Positions 6,587 to 14,876 of a stretch of 43,317 bases of DNA are shown here, one piece after another (the stretch's first letter is position 1; every line of letters begins with the position of its first letter). The notes beneath the pieces are model-generated. The model saw only the letters and a program-made list of their open reading frames with translations, had not been told where the DNA came from and searched no databases. A program made the translations under genes and the position numbers. This DNA comes from a virus. Taxonomy: Duplodnaviria; Caudoviricetes. Location of the stretch: the IMG/VR virus record IMGVR_UViG_3300030330_005751, positions 1-43,317 of that record; one strand, 5' to 3'.

Positions 6587-8536
6587 GTGAGTTACAAAAC
6601 ATATTTCGGTATCGAGCACCTTGACCTGCTCGAACACGCGACTCTTATCGCGTTTGACACGGAGACCACGCAACTTCAACCCAAAAATGGCGGTCTTCGT
6701 TTGCTGCAGCTAGGCAGCGACACTTCTAAAACCGTTGTTGTTATTGACTTTTTTGATTTAGAGGAGTCGGACTTTCCTCGGCTGGAGCGGTTTTTTAATA
6801 ACGGTCCCAGGCATTGGTGGGCTCACAACGCCGTGTTTGACCTTGGCTGGTTGCAGGCACACAACCTCTATCCCAAGGGGCACGTTTTCTGCACCATGCT
6901 TGCCAGCAAGCTCCACAACAACGGCAAAGCACAGACCAAGCATCGCCTCGATGTATTAGCCAAACGGTATTTAGGCAAAACTCTATCCAAAGAGCAGCAG
7001 GCCTCTGACTGGAGTGCGGATCAGCTGTCCCAGGAGCAGTTGACCTATGCGGCTAAGGACGTTGAGGTTTTGCTGGATCTTGTGCCTCGGATCAATCATT
7101 TCCTGCGTAAGCATGATCTGTTTGATGCGTTCCACCTGGAGTGCGGGGCTCTTCCCGCCATGGCTCAAATGTGGCGGACCGGTCTTCCCTGGAACCGTGA
7201 TGCCCTCGAACAACTTCGCAAGGACTACGTCTATGAAATCGAACAACTTGGAAAAGAGTTCCTGTTGGAGCTCGACGAAGCATTGCCTGAGGGCCATAAG
7301 TTGCCCCGAGAGTCATCCGAGCGATTGGAGTATCTCAAAGACGAACTCAAAAGGATGGATCAGGACCCTGCTTACATCGCCAAGTGCGAAGCGGAGATCG
7401 AGGAACTTGAGACCCAGCCCGCTGTATTTAATCTGAGGGCAAAGGAGACGGGGAGTAAACGTCTCGGCACGAAAAAGCTTGCGGGCTTCAACATCAACAG
7501 CCCCAAGCAGCTCATCGAAAAGTTCAGTCTGGTCTTAGGGGAGCCGCCTAAAGATGAAAAAACCGACAAACCTAGTGCTAGTCGGTCTGCCCTGCAAAGC
7601 TACGCGGCGGACCATCACGTCGTGCAAACTTATTTGGCTTGGAAGAAGGCTGAAAAGCGCAGGCAAATGGTTGAATCTATACAGGACAAACTCGCCCCAG
7701 ACGGTTTCGTACGCGCCAGCTATCTACAGCTTGGAGCTGCCAGCGGACGGATGTCCTGCATCAACCCAAACAACCAACAAATCCCAAAAGATGAAGTCTT
7801 TCGTTCCTGTGTTGAAGCTCCTGAAGACTGGGTTCTTGTTGATGCTGATTTTTCTCAAATGGAACTACGACTCGCGGCGGCAGTCGCGGAAGACGAAACG
7901 ATGACCAAAGCCCTGCTCCAGGGCGGGGACTTGCACGAATTTACTGCGGAAGCAATGGGATATCCTACGCCGATCAGCAAAGAGCACCGGCAAATCGCAA
8001 AATCGGCAAATTTTGGTTTGCTGTATGGGTCTGGTCCTAAAGGTTTGCGGAACTACGCCGTCGGTTATGGGCTGAATTTGACGATCAAAGAGGCGACCGA
8101 TATTCGTGATAAGTGGCTCAAAACCTATTCCGGAATTAGTGAGTGGCAGAAAGCGAATGCCTCTGCTGCTGATAAAACGGCGCACAAAGCTTGGACTGAT
8201 ATTCGAATTCCCCTGAGTTTTATGCGGCGTCAGTTGTCGCGTGAATACAACAGACTGACGATTCGATGCAACACTCCGATCCAGGGTGCTGGTGCTGCCG
8301 TTTTGAAGTGTGCTCTGGGTCGCCTTTGGCCTCTGCTGTTTGCAGCTGGGGAGAATGAGGTCAAGCTTGCAGCGTGCGTGCATGACGAAATCCTGCTCCT
8401 AGTTAAAGAGCCCCACGGTGAAAAGTGGGCGCAGATTTTGAAAGAAGTGATGGAGAGTTCCGAGGCTTTGTGGCTTGGGGATATTCCGCCACTTGCTGAG
8501 CCTTGTATTGGTAAGCGTTGGTCTGAGATTCACTAA
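6587..8536 (+). CDS. polA: family A DNA polymerase with 3'-5' exonuclease (no 5'-3' exonuclease domain)
   Basis: ExoI DTET, ExoII HNAVFD, ExoIII YAAKD; motif A DADFSQMELR; motif B RQIAKSANFGLLYG; motif C VHDE. Confidence 0.95.
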   Translation: MSYKTYFGIEHLDLLEHATLIAFDTETTQLQPKNGGLRLLQLGSDTSKTVVVIDFFDLEESDFPRLERFFNNGPRHWWAHNAVFDLGWLQAHNLYPKGHVFCTMLASKLHNNGKAQTKHRLDVLAKRYLGKTLSKEQQASDWSADQLSQEQLTYAAKDVEVLLDLVPRINHFLRKHDLFDAFHLECGALPAMAQMWRTGLPWNRDALEQLRKDYVYEIEQLGKEFLLELDEALPEGHKLPRESSERLEYLKDELKRMDQDPAYIAKCEAEIEELETQPAVFNLRAKETGSKRLGTKKLAGFNINSPKQLIEKFSLVLGEPPKDEKTDKPSASRSALQSYAADHHVVQTYLAWKKAEKRRQMVESIQDKLAPDGFVRASYLQLGAASGRMSCINPNNQQIPKDEVFRSCVEAPEDWVLVDADFSQMELRLAAAVAEDETMTKALLQGGDLHEFTAEAMGYPTPISKEHRQIAKSANFGLLYGSGPKGLRNYAVGYGLNLTIKEATDIRDKWLKTYSGISEWQKANASAADKTAHKAWTDIRIPLSFMRRQLSREYNRLTIRCNTPIQGAGAAVLKCALGRLWPLLFAAGENEVKLAACVHDEILLLVKEPHGEKWAQILKEVMESSEALWLGDIPPLAEPCIGKRWSEIH

Positions 8537-8573
8537 CCGGTTACTACACTGCAGTAGCTCCAGCATCGATGTC

Positions 8574-8777
8574 TTGGCCAAAACCGGCAGACAAATCATG
8601 CTGGACTACTTGCGGTATGAAATTGCACGCGCCACCACAGCAGATTTGCAGCGTGCAGCTGAATTCTTGGAAGGCGCCAGGCAGATAAGAGCAGGTTGTC
8701 GTAAGCAACGAAATAAGTCTCGTAAGTCTCAGACGCAGGGCTGGCGAAAGCACGTCGACGACTCCATTGCCTGGTAA
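8574..8777 (+). CDS. hypothetical basic protein
   Basis: C-terminal part of ORF 8475..8777. The start is uncertain; TTG at 8574 lies 23 nt after TACACT. Confidence 0.55.
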   Translation: MAKTGRQIMLDYLRYEIARATTADLQRAAEFLEGARQIRAGCRKQRNKSRKSQTQGWRKHVDDSIAW

Positions 8778-8814
8778 TACACGGCTAGTATCTTTCTTAG
8801 CAACTACATAAAGA

Positions 8815-9078
8815 ATGGCAATTCGCCACGGCAATAAGACGTATATGCAGATTCTGCTTGACCCTAATCGCGCAGAATTACTGGCAAATTTGGCTGATGG
8901 GTTGAAGGTCCGTCCCACCGGTTGGATTCGTGATGTGATTTACAAAGAGCTTGAGCGGTGTGTGCCCTCTGATGCATATGCAGCTGCATTGGAGAAAGAT
9001 AAGCAGGCTTGGCAAGACTCGATCCAACGTCGCGTTGAGGGTCGCATGAGATCCAGAAAAGAAGCGTCAGAAGCGTGA
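8815..9078 (+). CDS. small putative DNA-binding protein (ribbon-helix-helix-like)
   Basis: Strand YMQILLD followed by two helices (RAELLANLA..; PTGWIRDVIYKEL). Confidence 0.55.
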   Translation: MAIRHGNKTYMQILLDPNRAELLANLADGLKVRPTGWIRDVIYKELERCVPSDAYAAALEKDKQAWQDSIQRRVEGRMRSRKEASEA

Positions 9079-9133
9079 CAAACGGTTGAATTAAGCTTTT
9101 ATCCTGATACTTTAAGGGGGCCTTACGGAACCC

Positions 9134-9331
9134 TTGATGCGGTACGCCCTTGCAATTCAAAATGACCTATATCTTGCGGCTTGCTATGAAGCCACAGGTA
9201 GCGGGATCATGGTTACCACTGTGGTAGAAGATGCTTGCTCATATGTAACAATCGAGAAAGCGATCAACGTTGCAATACAGGTGCGCCATAGCCTTGGCTC
9301 TGTTCCCGCTGTTATCGAAGTGGAGAATTGA
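9134..9331 (+). CDS. hypothetical protein
   Basis: 65 aa ORF directly abutting the sigma factor gene. Confidence 0.6.
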   Translation: MMRYALAIQNDLYLAACYEATGSGIMVTTVVEDACSYVTIEKAINVAIQVRHSLGSVPAVIEVEN

Positions 9332-10195
9332 GTGGAAACGTTTAGTCGTTATTTACGTGAAATAGCTAGGTATCCACTCCTGACTAAAGACCAGGAAATT
9401 ATCCTGGCGCGTTCTGTTCAAGCCTGGCTGCACACCGAAGATCCGACTAAACGTCAGATACGAGCGGGTGAAAGGGCGTACCAGAAATTGATCAACTGCA
9501 ATCTGCGGCTGGTTGTTTCTATCGCCAAGCGCTACAGCAATCGTTGCCGTCGGACTGAGATGTTCGACATTGTGCAGGAAGGCAACATGGGGCTTGCTCA
9601 CGGGATTAAAAAATTTGATCCTGAGCGGGGTTACGCCCTATCTACTTACGTTTATTGGTGGATCCGCCAAAGCATTACTCGCTACTTGAGCACCCACGAT
9701 CGGATGATTAGGTTGCCGTCCCACGCTGTTGAAATGATCGGCAAATTGCGGCATTGGAGACCTGAGTTTCAAGGCACGCATGGAAGGTTGCCGACGCTGG
9801 AAGAGTGCGCAGAGTACTGCAAAACAACCCCACACCGGTTGAAGGAGTATCTCGATAGATCAGATGACGCCATCAGTCTCGACGGGTTTGTGCGAGCTGC
9901 GGATGACGAGATCACATTGATGGACAGCGTCAGTGATGGGTATGACTTGTTTGACGATGTTCAATGGGGTATCGATGTCGAGCAGGTTGGTGCGTTGATG
10001 CGAAACCTCAACGACAAAGAAAAGTACATTGTTTCGGGCGCTTTCGCATTAGAGGGAGGTGATCCAAAAACGTTCCAGGCAATGGGACGGGAGCTCGGTA
10101 TCTCACGGGAACGGGCTCGTAATATTTACCACCGTGCTGTGAGGCAGATGCGCGTTAAAGCAAACACAAGCAAGAAGTTTTCCCATGAGCTGTGA
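9332..10195 (+). CDS. RNA polymerase sigma-70 factor (RpoD-like, lacking region 1.1; cyanobacterial group-2-like)
   Basis: Region 1.2 YLREIARYPLLT; region 2 NLRLVVSIAKRY...QEGNMGL...KFDPERGYALSTYVYWWIRQSITR; region 4 GRELGISRERARNI. Confidence 0.95.
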   Translation: METFSRYLREIARYPLLTKDQEIILARSVQAWLHTEDPTKRQIRAGERAYQKLINCNLRLVVSIAKRYSNRCRRTEMFDIVQEGNMGLAHGIKKFDPERGYALSTYVYWWIRQSITRYLSTHDRMIRLPSHAVEMIGKLRHWRPEFQGTHGRLPTLEECAEYCKTTPHRLKEYLDRSDDAISLDGFVRAADDEITLMDSVSDGYDLFDDVQWGIDVEQVGALMRNLNDKEKYIVSGAFALEGGDPKTFQAMGRELGISRERARNIYHRAVRQMRVKANTSKKFSHEL

Positions 10196-10400
10196 AAAGT
10201 GCGGATGCCGGCAGTCACGCGTTGTCATGGTTCGGTGTGACACGAACAACAATCGTTTGAGGCGTAGGCTTTGCAAGCACTGCGGGCACAGGTACTGGAC
10301 CGTCCAGGGACCAGAAAAAGTTATCTCGAAGTACCAGATCGATTGGTCAGGTTCTAGCAAGTCTCACACAGAAGAACTCACTTACAGAGGTGAACTATGA
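10185..10400 (+). CDS. NrdR N-terminal-like zinc ribbon protein (no ATP-cone)
   Basis: CEKCG...SRVV..R......LRRRLCKHCGHRYWTVQ matches the NrdR pattern CxxC...SRV..SR...RRRRxCxxCxxRFTTxE. Confidence 0.7.
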   Translation: MSCEKCGCRQSRVVMVRCDTNNNRLRRRLCKHCGHRYWTVQGPEKVISKYQIDWSGSSKSHTEELTYRGEL

Positions 10401-11026
10401 GCGTCTCACTTGTTTGGTCTACGCCAGATGCCGAGAAACTAGTTGTCAAGATGGCACGGGTGAGCAACCCGGCTAATGAGGACAATTGGGAGACTGGCCC
10501 AAAACTTCTCAAATATCTGCTCAAGCACAAGCATTGGTCGCCGTTCGAAATGGCCTCCATGTGCATCCAAATAGATACGGAGCGGGACATCGCCGCGCAA
10601 ATTTTGCGGCATCGGTCCTTCTCGTTCCAGGAATTTTCAACCCGTTACGCCAAGACTGCAGAGGCTGGAACTCCTTGGTTTCGTCGTCAGGACGAAAAGA
10701 ACAGGCAGAACAGCATCAATGACATCCACCCTTTTACACAGCAGGAGCTGCAGCACAAAGCTCAAAGGATTATTCGCGAAAGCTATGAGCTGTACGAGTT
10801 CATGATGAAGCGCGGGGTGGCTAAGGAAACGGCTCGTCGCATCCTGCCGTTATGTACGCCTACCTCGATGTATATGACCGGAACACTGCGAAGCTGGATT
10901 CACTACATCAGCATTCGTGCCAGTCATGAAACGCAGCACGAGCACCGTTTGATCGCACAGAAGTGCTTAACCATTTTCAAAAAGGAGTTTCCGATTATTG
11001 CTGAAGCCGCATTTGATAATTTGTAA
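10397..11026 (+). CDS. thyX: FAD-dependent thymidylate synthase
   Basis: HWSPFE, RHRSFSFQEFSTRY (RHRx7SxR motif), ETARRILP, GTLRSWIH. Confidence 0.95.
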   Translation: MSVSLVWSTPDAEKLVVKMARVSNPANEDNWETGPKLLKYLLKHKHWSPFEMASMCIQIDTERDIAAQILRHRSFSFQEFSTRYAKTAEAGTPWFRRQDEKNRQNSINDIHPFTQQELQHKAQRIIRESYELYEFMMKRGVAKETARRILPLCTPTSMYMTGTLRSWIHYISIRASHETQHEHRLIAQKCLTIFKKEFPIIAEAAFDNL

Positions 11027-11156
11027 CCATGGAACGACCCAGCTTGCCAATTGAATATTTGGGAAGGAATCGTTATCGCGTGTGTAATCCCGGTGGCGGC
11101 CTCTGTGTTGATAGCAATAACCCTTACCGTGCGGCAACTGTGGCCAAGGCGTTAGC

Positions 11157-11465
11157 TCAGTGTTCGAGCCATTCCTCAATAGTCATTTCGCGGCCTTCCG
11201 ACCAAAATTCTTGACGCCTGTACCACTTCTTCCAGTCGTTTGCTCCCTTGCGGCTGTTGCAAGAGAAGCAACAGGCGACCAAATTGTCGCGAGTGGTTAG
11301 TCCGCCTCGTGCCTTTGGCTCAACATGGTCGAGGGTGGGATTCCGTCCCAGAGGCTCTGCGCAGTAAGCGCAACAGTAGCCAAATGCTAAAAGGATGAAA
11401 TCACGGAAGCGGACCTTCTGACGCCGCTTCGAGACCAAAACAGTCTCATCTATCGTGTGATCCAT
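11157..11465 (-). CDS. HNH endonuclease
   Basis: CAYC...TLDHVEPKARGG..TRDNLVACCFSCNSRKG. Confidence 0.9.
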   Translation of the reverse strand: MDHTIDETVLVSKRRQKVRFRDFILLAFGYCCAYCAEPLGRNPTLDHVEPKARGGLTTRDNLVACCFSCNSRKGANDWKKWYRRQEFWSEGREMTIEEWLEH

Positions 11466-11527
11466 CGAGTTGCTTGATTGACGACAAAGACGTCTCCTGC
11501 AACTGTTCGGAGTGTACTTATCTAGCC

Positions 11528-12196
11528 TCAGTCTTTAACCACAATCATCCAACCTGTAGCTTTTCCTTCGATTTGCCATCGATCCAGGAATTGCTGGCGG
11601 GGGACTCTGTAATCTTTGCCGCCGCCACTTCTGTGACCACCTTTAAGCATGTTTGGTTCACCGGCGGGGTCGTGCATGATGAACTCGTCGCGGTTGTAGC
11701 CCACGATCACGCTCCAGTGGCCAAACCCCTTTGGTTCTTCAATTGGGCCACGATGAATCCAGCCGACTAAAACAGGCCGACCAGCACGGATTTCTGTTTC
11801 AACCATTTCGGCACTTCCGTCATATCGGAACGTCGCTTCAAGTCCGTAGCTTTCCAGTGTTTTGATGTGTGCAAAGATGTTGGTGGTATCTCCGTGGACT
11901 TTTAAGTCCCAGGCATACTCAACGTCGTTTTCAACGCGCTTATACTTCGCCGCGATCATCGCAGCAGAACTAGTCAGGCATTCTCGTAAAGGCTGAATTG
12001 GGTTATCTAGTTGGGTGAAGAAGGGCGTAAGCACCCACTGCTCCATGCCACTAGCAGCCCAAGCTTCGCGCCAGGCTGCATCCTCGCGTTTTAACTCCTC
12101 AGGAAGACTCTCCTGCAGTTGATGGATCGCAGCCATTTGATGAGGATTCCCGTAGCGGAAATACTCAAAGTATTGTAGTAGCGAAAAGTCGATCAT
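11528..12196 (-). CDS. C39-like cysteine peptidase, probable endolysin
   Basis: Start reassigned to MIDFSLL at 12196. Q(LDN)...RECLTSSAAM...GHWSVIVGY...HDP provides the Gln/Cys/His/Asp set; it lies next to small membrane proteins. Confidence 0.75.
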   Translation of the reverse strand: MIDFSLLQYFEYFRYGNPHQMAAIHQLQESLPEELKREDAAWREAWAASGMEQWVLTPFFTQLDNPIQPLRECLTSSAAMIAAKYKRVENDVEYAWDLKVHGDTTNIFAHIKTLESYGLEATFRYDGSAEMVETEIRAGRPVLVGWIHRGPIEEPKGFGHWSVIVGYNRDEFIMHDPAGEPNMLKGGHRSGGGKDYRVPRQQFLDRWQIEGKATGWMIVVKD

Positions 12197-12366
12197 TTTT
12201 CTGGCATAGAGCCGGGAAATAAGAGCTGTTCGATATAGCGCACGGCGTGGTCGTCTACCTGGTTGTCGCTTCTTTCGACCATGACTTTTAGAAGGTCGAC
12301 AATGAAGCGCTTGACTGTTTCGCTCTTCACGAAACTGATCAGGATTGGTTTGAAGAGAGCAATCAT
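12193..12366 (-). CDS. small amphipathic protein of the lysis cluster (57 aa)
   Basis: Not in the ORF track: MIALFKPILISFVKSETVKRFIVDLLKVMVERSDNQVDDHAVRYIEQLLFPGSMPEK. ATGA overlap with the peptidase. Confidence 0.75.
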   Translation of the reverse strand: MIALFKPILISFVKSETVKRFIVDLLKVMVERSDNQVDDHAVRYIEQLLFPGSMPEK

Positions 12367-12389
12367 CGTTCCAGGGTGTTTCTAGAAGT

Positions 12390-12641
12390 CTATGACTGCC
12401 TGTATTGTGCTTCAAGTTTTGCAGTTGTGCCTTCTAGTGTTCGCAACCTCTGGAAGATTTCAGAATTGTTTGCCCTCACGTCGCTATGGAATTCGTCTAG
12501 GCGGTCACTTAGGTTTTCTACTGCAGTAGCTAGTCGAACGATTGTTTCGCGTGTCTGGATGTTCTGTTTACCGGCTGCATTTATAGACATTGCAGCTGCA
12601 GTGATTGACGCGCCGGCAACGGCGGCTAATAATTCAAGCAT
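12390..12641 (-). CDS. N-terminal transmembrane + coiled-coil protein (holin/spanin-like lysis accessory)
   Basis: MLELLAAVAGASITAAAM hydrophobic segment followed by heptad-like repeats. Confidence 0.6.
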   Translation of the reverse strand: MLELLAAVAGASITAAAMSINAAGKQNIQTRETIVRLATAVENLSDRLDEFHSDVRANNSEIFQRLRTLEGTTAKLEAQYRQS

Positions 12642-12667
12642 GACCCCACCGTTGGCATACACCTATC

Positions 12668-12928
12668 ATGGCTGATCAAGTAGAGAAGAAAGTTGTAGAG
12701 GACGAAGAAGAGGACAAAAATAGTTGGCTGAGTCACTTCGTCCGCATTGCTCTAATGGTTTGGGCGTGCGCAATTATCACCAGCAACTACCTCGGTATAT
12801 TCAAGCAGTCTATTGATGTGACTTTTTCGGCGAGTTTGCTCTCCTCGATGGCCGCTTCCTACGGTCTTCAGGTTGGCAGAGGCACACCCAAAAAGAAAGA
12901 AGATCAAAAGAACGTTCCAGGTAAGTAG
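12668..12928 (+). CDS. two-transmembrane membrane protein (holin-like)
   Basis: Acidic N-terminus, two hydrophobic segments, basic C-terminus. Confidence 0.65.
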   Translation: MADQVEKKVVEDEEEDKNSWLSHFVRIALMVWACAIITSNYLGIFKQSIDVTFSASLLSSMAASYGLQVGRGTPKKKEDQKNVPGK

Positions 12929-12957
12929 GATTTAATCGATGCTTTGGTGCTACACCA

Positions 12958-13314
12958 ATGAAGTGGCTACTACTTTTGTTCCTCCTGCCTGTTAGTGCGC
13001 AAGCGCAACAGCTTCAGCAGCCCAGGTTTACCTCTGCAAGCGTTAATTCGACGACCACTACGACCCAGACCATTGACGAAGTGATCGCCCACGAAATTTT
13101 TGGTGGTGCGACTGCGACTTGGAGCGGTACTAACGTAAAGCCAAACACAGCTGACATCACCAACAGCAATACGACATGGGATATTGTCACCGCTGGCGAG
13201 GACTTTCAACTGGAGGTCACGAGCAGGGCAGCCGGGATTATCGAAACGATCGACATCGAACGCACCATCGAAACCGAATCCACCACTACTACCTTGTCGG
13301 TCTTCTCTCAATAA
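12958..13314 (+). CDS. exported Thr-rich protein
   Basis: Signal peptide MKWLLLLFLLPVSAQA followed by beta-strand-like Thr-rich sequence. Confidence 0.75.
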   Translation: MKWLLLLFLLPVSAQAQQLQQPRFTSASVNSTTTTTQTIDEVIAHEIFGGATATWSGTNVKPNTADITNSNTTWDIVTAGEDFQLEVTSRAAGIIETIDIERTIETESTTTTLSVFSQ

Positions 13315-13907
13315 GCGCTTTTTTTGCGCCTGCTAAAGCTGCTGAGGTTAGCAACATTGCTGGCCCCAGTGCCGGAGCTACAGCTAATAACACAAACCAG
13401 CAGGTTCAGATCAACAACAACGGAGCTCCCAGCCGGCAGTATTTCGGTAAAGGGATTTCTTGTAATGGGGCCACTTTGAACGTGACCCCGTTTTATATGG
13501 GTAACGATGTCATCGGTGACCCGTATGTTCGCGGGAACAACTGGGGTATCCAAATTGGTATCGCCGCTCCACTCGATGGGGGCGTCACCGAACTTTGTAA
13601 GGACGTGGCACGCAAACGCCTTTACAAAGAATCGTTGGATGCAATCCTGGTTCGCGCTCTGAAGTGTGCTGAGCTGGCGGACAAGGGATACATGTTTAAG
13701 CCGGGGACTGCTTCGTATGCTGTTTGTTCCGACGTTGTCTCAATCGCTGCCTACCAAAAGTTTCAGGGGCCGGACGACCGCGTAATTTTGCAAGACGCTT
13801 CACACCAATCTTTATTACAGGCTTTAGAAGAGGAACGAGCCGCTTTAAAAGAGCTGAGGCAACGAGCGTCCCAGCGACAGCAGCAACAGACGATGCCCCA
13901 GCAGTGA
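13176..13907 (+). CDS. exported/envelope protein with Cys pairs; start uncertain
   Basis: Signal-peptide-like YYLVGLLSISAFFAPAKA begins about 37 codons after the only upstream ATG. Confidence 0.65.
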   Translation: MGYCHRWRGLSTGGHEQGSRDYRNDRHRTHHRNRIHHYYLVGLLSISAFFAPAKAAEVSNIAGPSAGATANNTNQQVQINNNGAPSRQYFGKGISCNGATLNVTPFYMGNDVIGDPYVRGNNWGIQIGIAAPLDGGVTELCKDVARKRLYKESLDAILVRALKCAELADKGYMFKPGTASYAVCSDVVSIAAYQKFQGPDDRVILQDASHQSLLQALEEERAALKELRQRASQRQQQQTMPQQ

Positions 13908-14289
13908 CGATGGCAGTCGACAGAATTTCACCTCTTGGTACTGGAATTTCGATGTCCGTTCCAGGAATAGTTATTTCTGTGACTTCTTTAAATACAGGTT
14001 TTTCGGTGGTCAGTCTGTTAATTGGCTGGCCGTTCTTCTGTTGGCTTTGGGCCTCCTGACTACGTTGCTCTTCTTCTTCGCGCTCTTTTTCCTCCTCCTC
14101 CTCACGTTCAATCTGTGCCTCGGCGAGCTTTTTCGTTACGTCTTGCCGCATCTGCGCCGCAGATGGAAGCACAGGAGGTGGAGCCGCAATGCTCGGATAC
14201 TCAATGTTCAGCTGCGGAAGTTCAAGCTCTGGCGGTAGCTCGTTTACGTTCGGCAGTCGAATAACTGGGATTTTTGGAAACAGGTCCAT
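13696..14289 (-). CDS. Pro-rich membrane-anchored hypothetical protein
   Basis: Pro-rich N-terminus, Glu-rich coil, hydrophobic segment ILSTAIVTAGASSVAAVAGTLVASALL, basic tail. Confidence 0.7.
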   Translation of the reverse strand: MDLFPKIPVIRLPNVNELPPELELPQLNIEYPSIAAPPPVLPSAAQMRQDVTKKLAEAQIEREEEEEKEREEEEQRSQEAQSQQKNGQPINRLTTEKPVFKEVTEITIPGTDIEIPVPRGEILSTAIVTAGASSVAAVAGTLVASALLKRLVPLLKPVIKIGVKRLAKLRGRPAPETFGRQRLRQRRNKQHTKQSPA

Positions 14290-14300
14290 AAGTGCCCAAT

Positions 14301-14333
14301 AAAAAACCCTTCCTGGTGTGAGGACAGGAAGGG
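14301..14333 (-). terminator. intrinsic terminator whose 9-nt loop is UCCUCACAC (Yfr1/Yfr10-like motif)
   Basis: Minus strand reads CCCTTCCTG-TCCTCACAC-CAGGAAGGG-TTTTTT: a perfect 9-bp stem with the loop at 14316-14324. Confidence 0.85.
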
Positions 14334-14361
14334 CCGGATCTCCCCTTACAGAGACGTTAGA

Positions 14362-14721
14362 TCAAAAAGAGAATTTTGCACCAATCTTGGTACCAAAGGA
14401 ATTCTCGGTGTCGCCGGTAATTCCGCTGAGCTCCCCGTAGATTCCGAACGAATCTGAAAGAGCAATCGATCCACCGCCCTTGGCTGAGAACTCAACAGAA
14501 GATTCTTCTCCTGACGGGGCCACGAGGCTAGGGCCACCCTGCACGTACCAAGCAGCTGAGCCTGCGGTGCCTTCGATACCGATGTGCATGTCGGTAGCGG
14601 TGCCGCCGTAGCCGCTCTCACTTCCGAAACCGGTGTTGTTCTCGATGTTGACATATGGAGAGGCCACAGCGGCCGGACCAATTGCCAGAGCGGCACAAAC
14701 GCCGATAATTGATTTGAGCAT
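14362..14721 (-). CDS. small outer-membrane beta-barrel (porin-like) protein
   Basis: Signal peptide MLKSIIGVCAALAIGPAAVA, Gly/aromatic amphipathic strands and C-terminal GTKIGAKFSF with a terminal Phe (BamA-type signal). Confidence 0.75.
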   Translation of the reverse strand: MLKSIIGVCAALAIGPAAVASPYVNIENNTGFGSESGYGGTATDMHIGIEGTAGSAAWYVQGGPSLVAPSGEESSVEFSAKGGGSIALSDSFGIYGELSGITGDTENSFGTKIGAKFSF

Positions 14722-14746
14722 TGTATGAGAGAAAGACGAATTCAAT

Positions 14747-14872
14747 CTAGAGGGGATCTTTCTTTCCGGCCAAAATAATCAGCGCACGCTGGTAGTAGAA
14801 GGTGTCAGTTTTACCGGCGGCCTCAAGAGCCTCCTTCACCTTCTTCCAGTTTTCGAGTGTGCGCTTGTCCAT
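14747..14872 (-). CDS. small hypothetical protein (41 aa)
   Basis: Not in the ORF track: MDKRTLENWKKVKEALEAAGKTDTFYYQRALIILAGKKDPL. It fills the gap cleanly and resembles a conserved small cyanophage protein (from recall). Confidence 0.75.
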   Translation of the reverse strand: MDKRTLENWKKVKEALEAAGKTDTFYYQRALIILAGKKDPL

Positions 14873-14876
14873 ACCA

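Noticed and set aside
11029-11214. 61-aa plus-strand ORF after thyX
   Set aside because: No recognised motif, and it overlaps the HNH gene antisense. It may be real but the sequence alone does not support a call.
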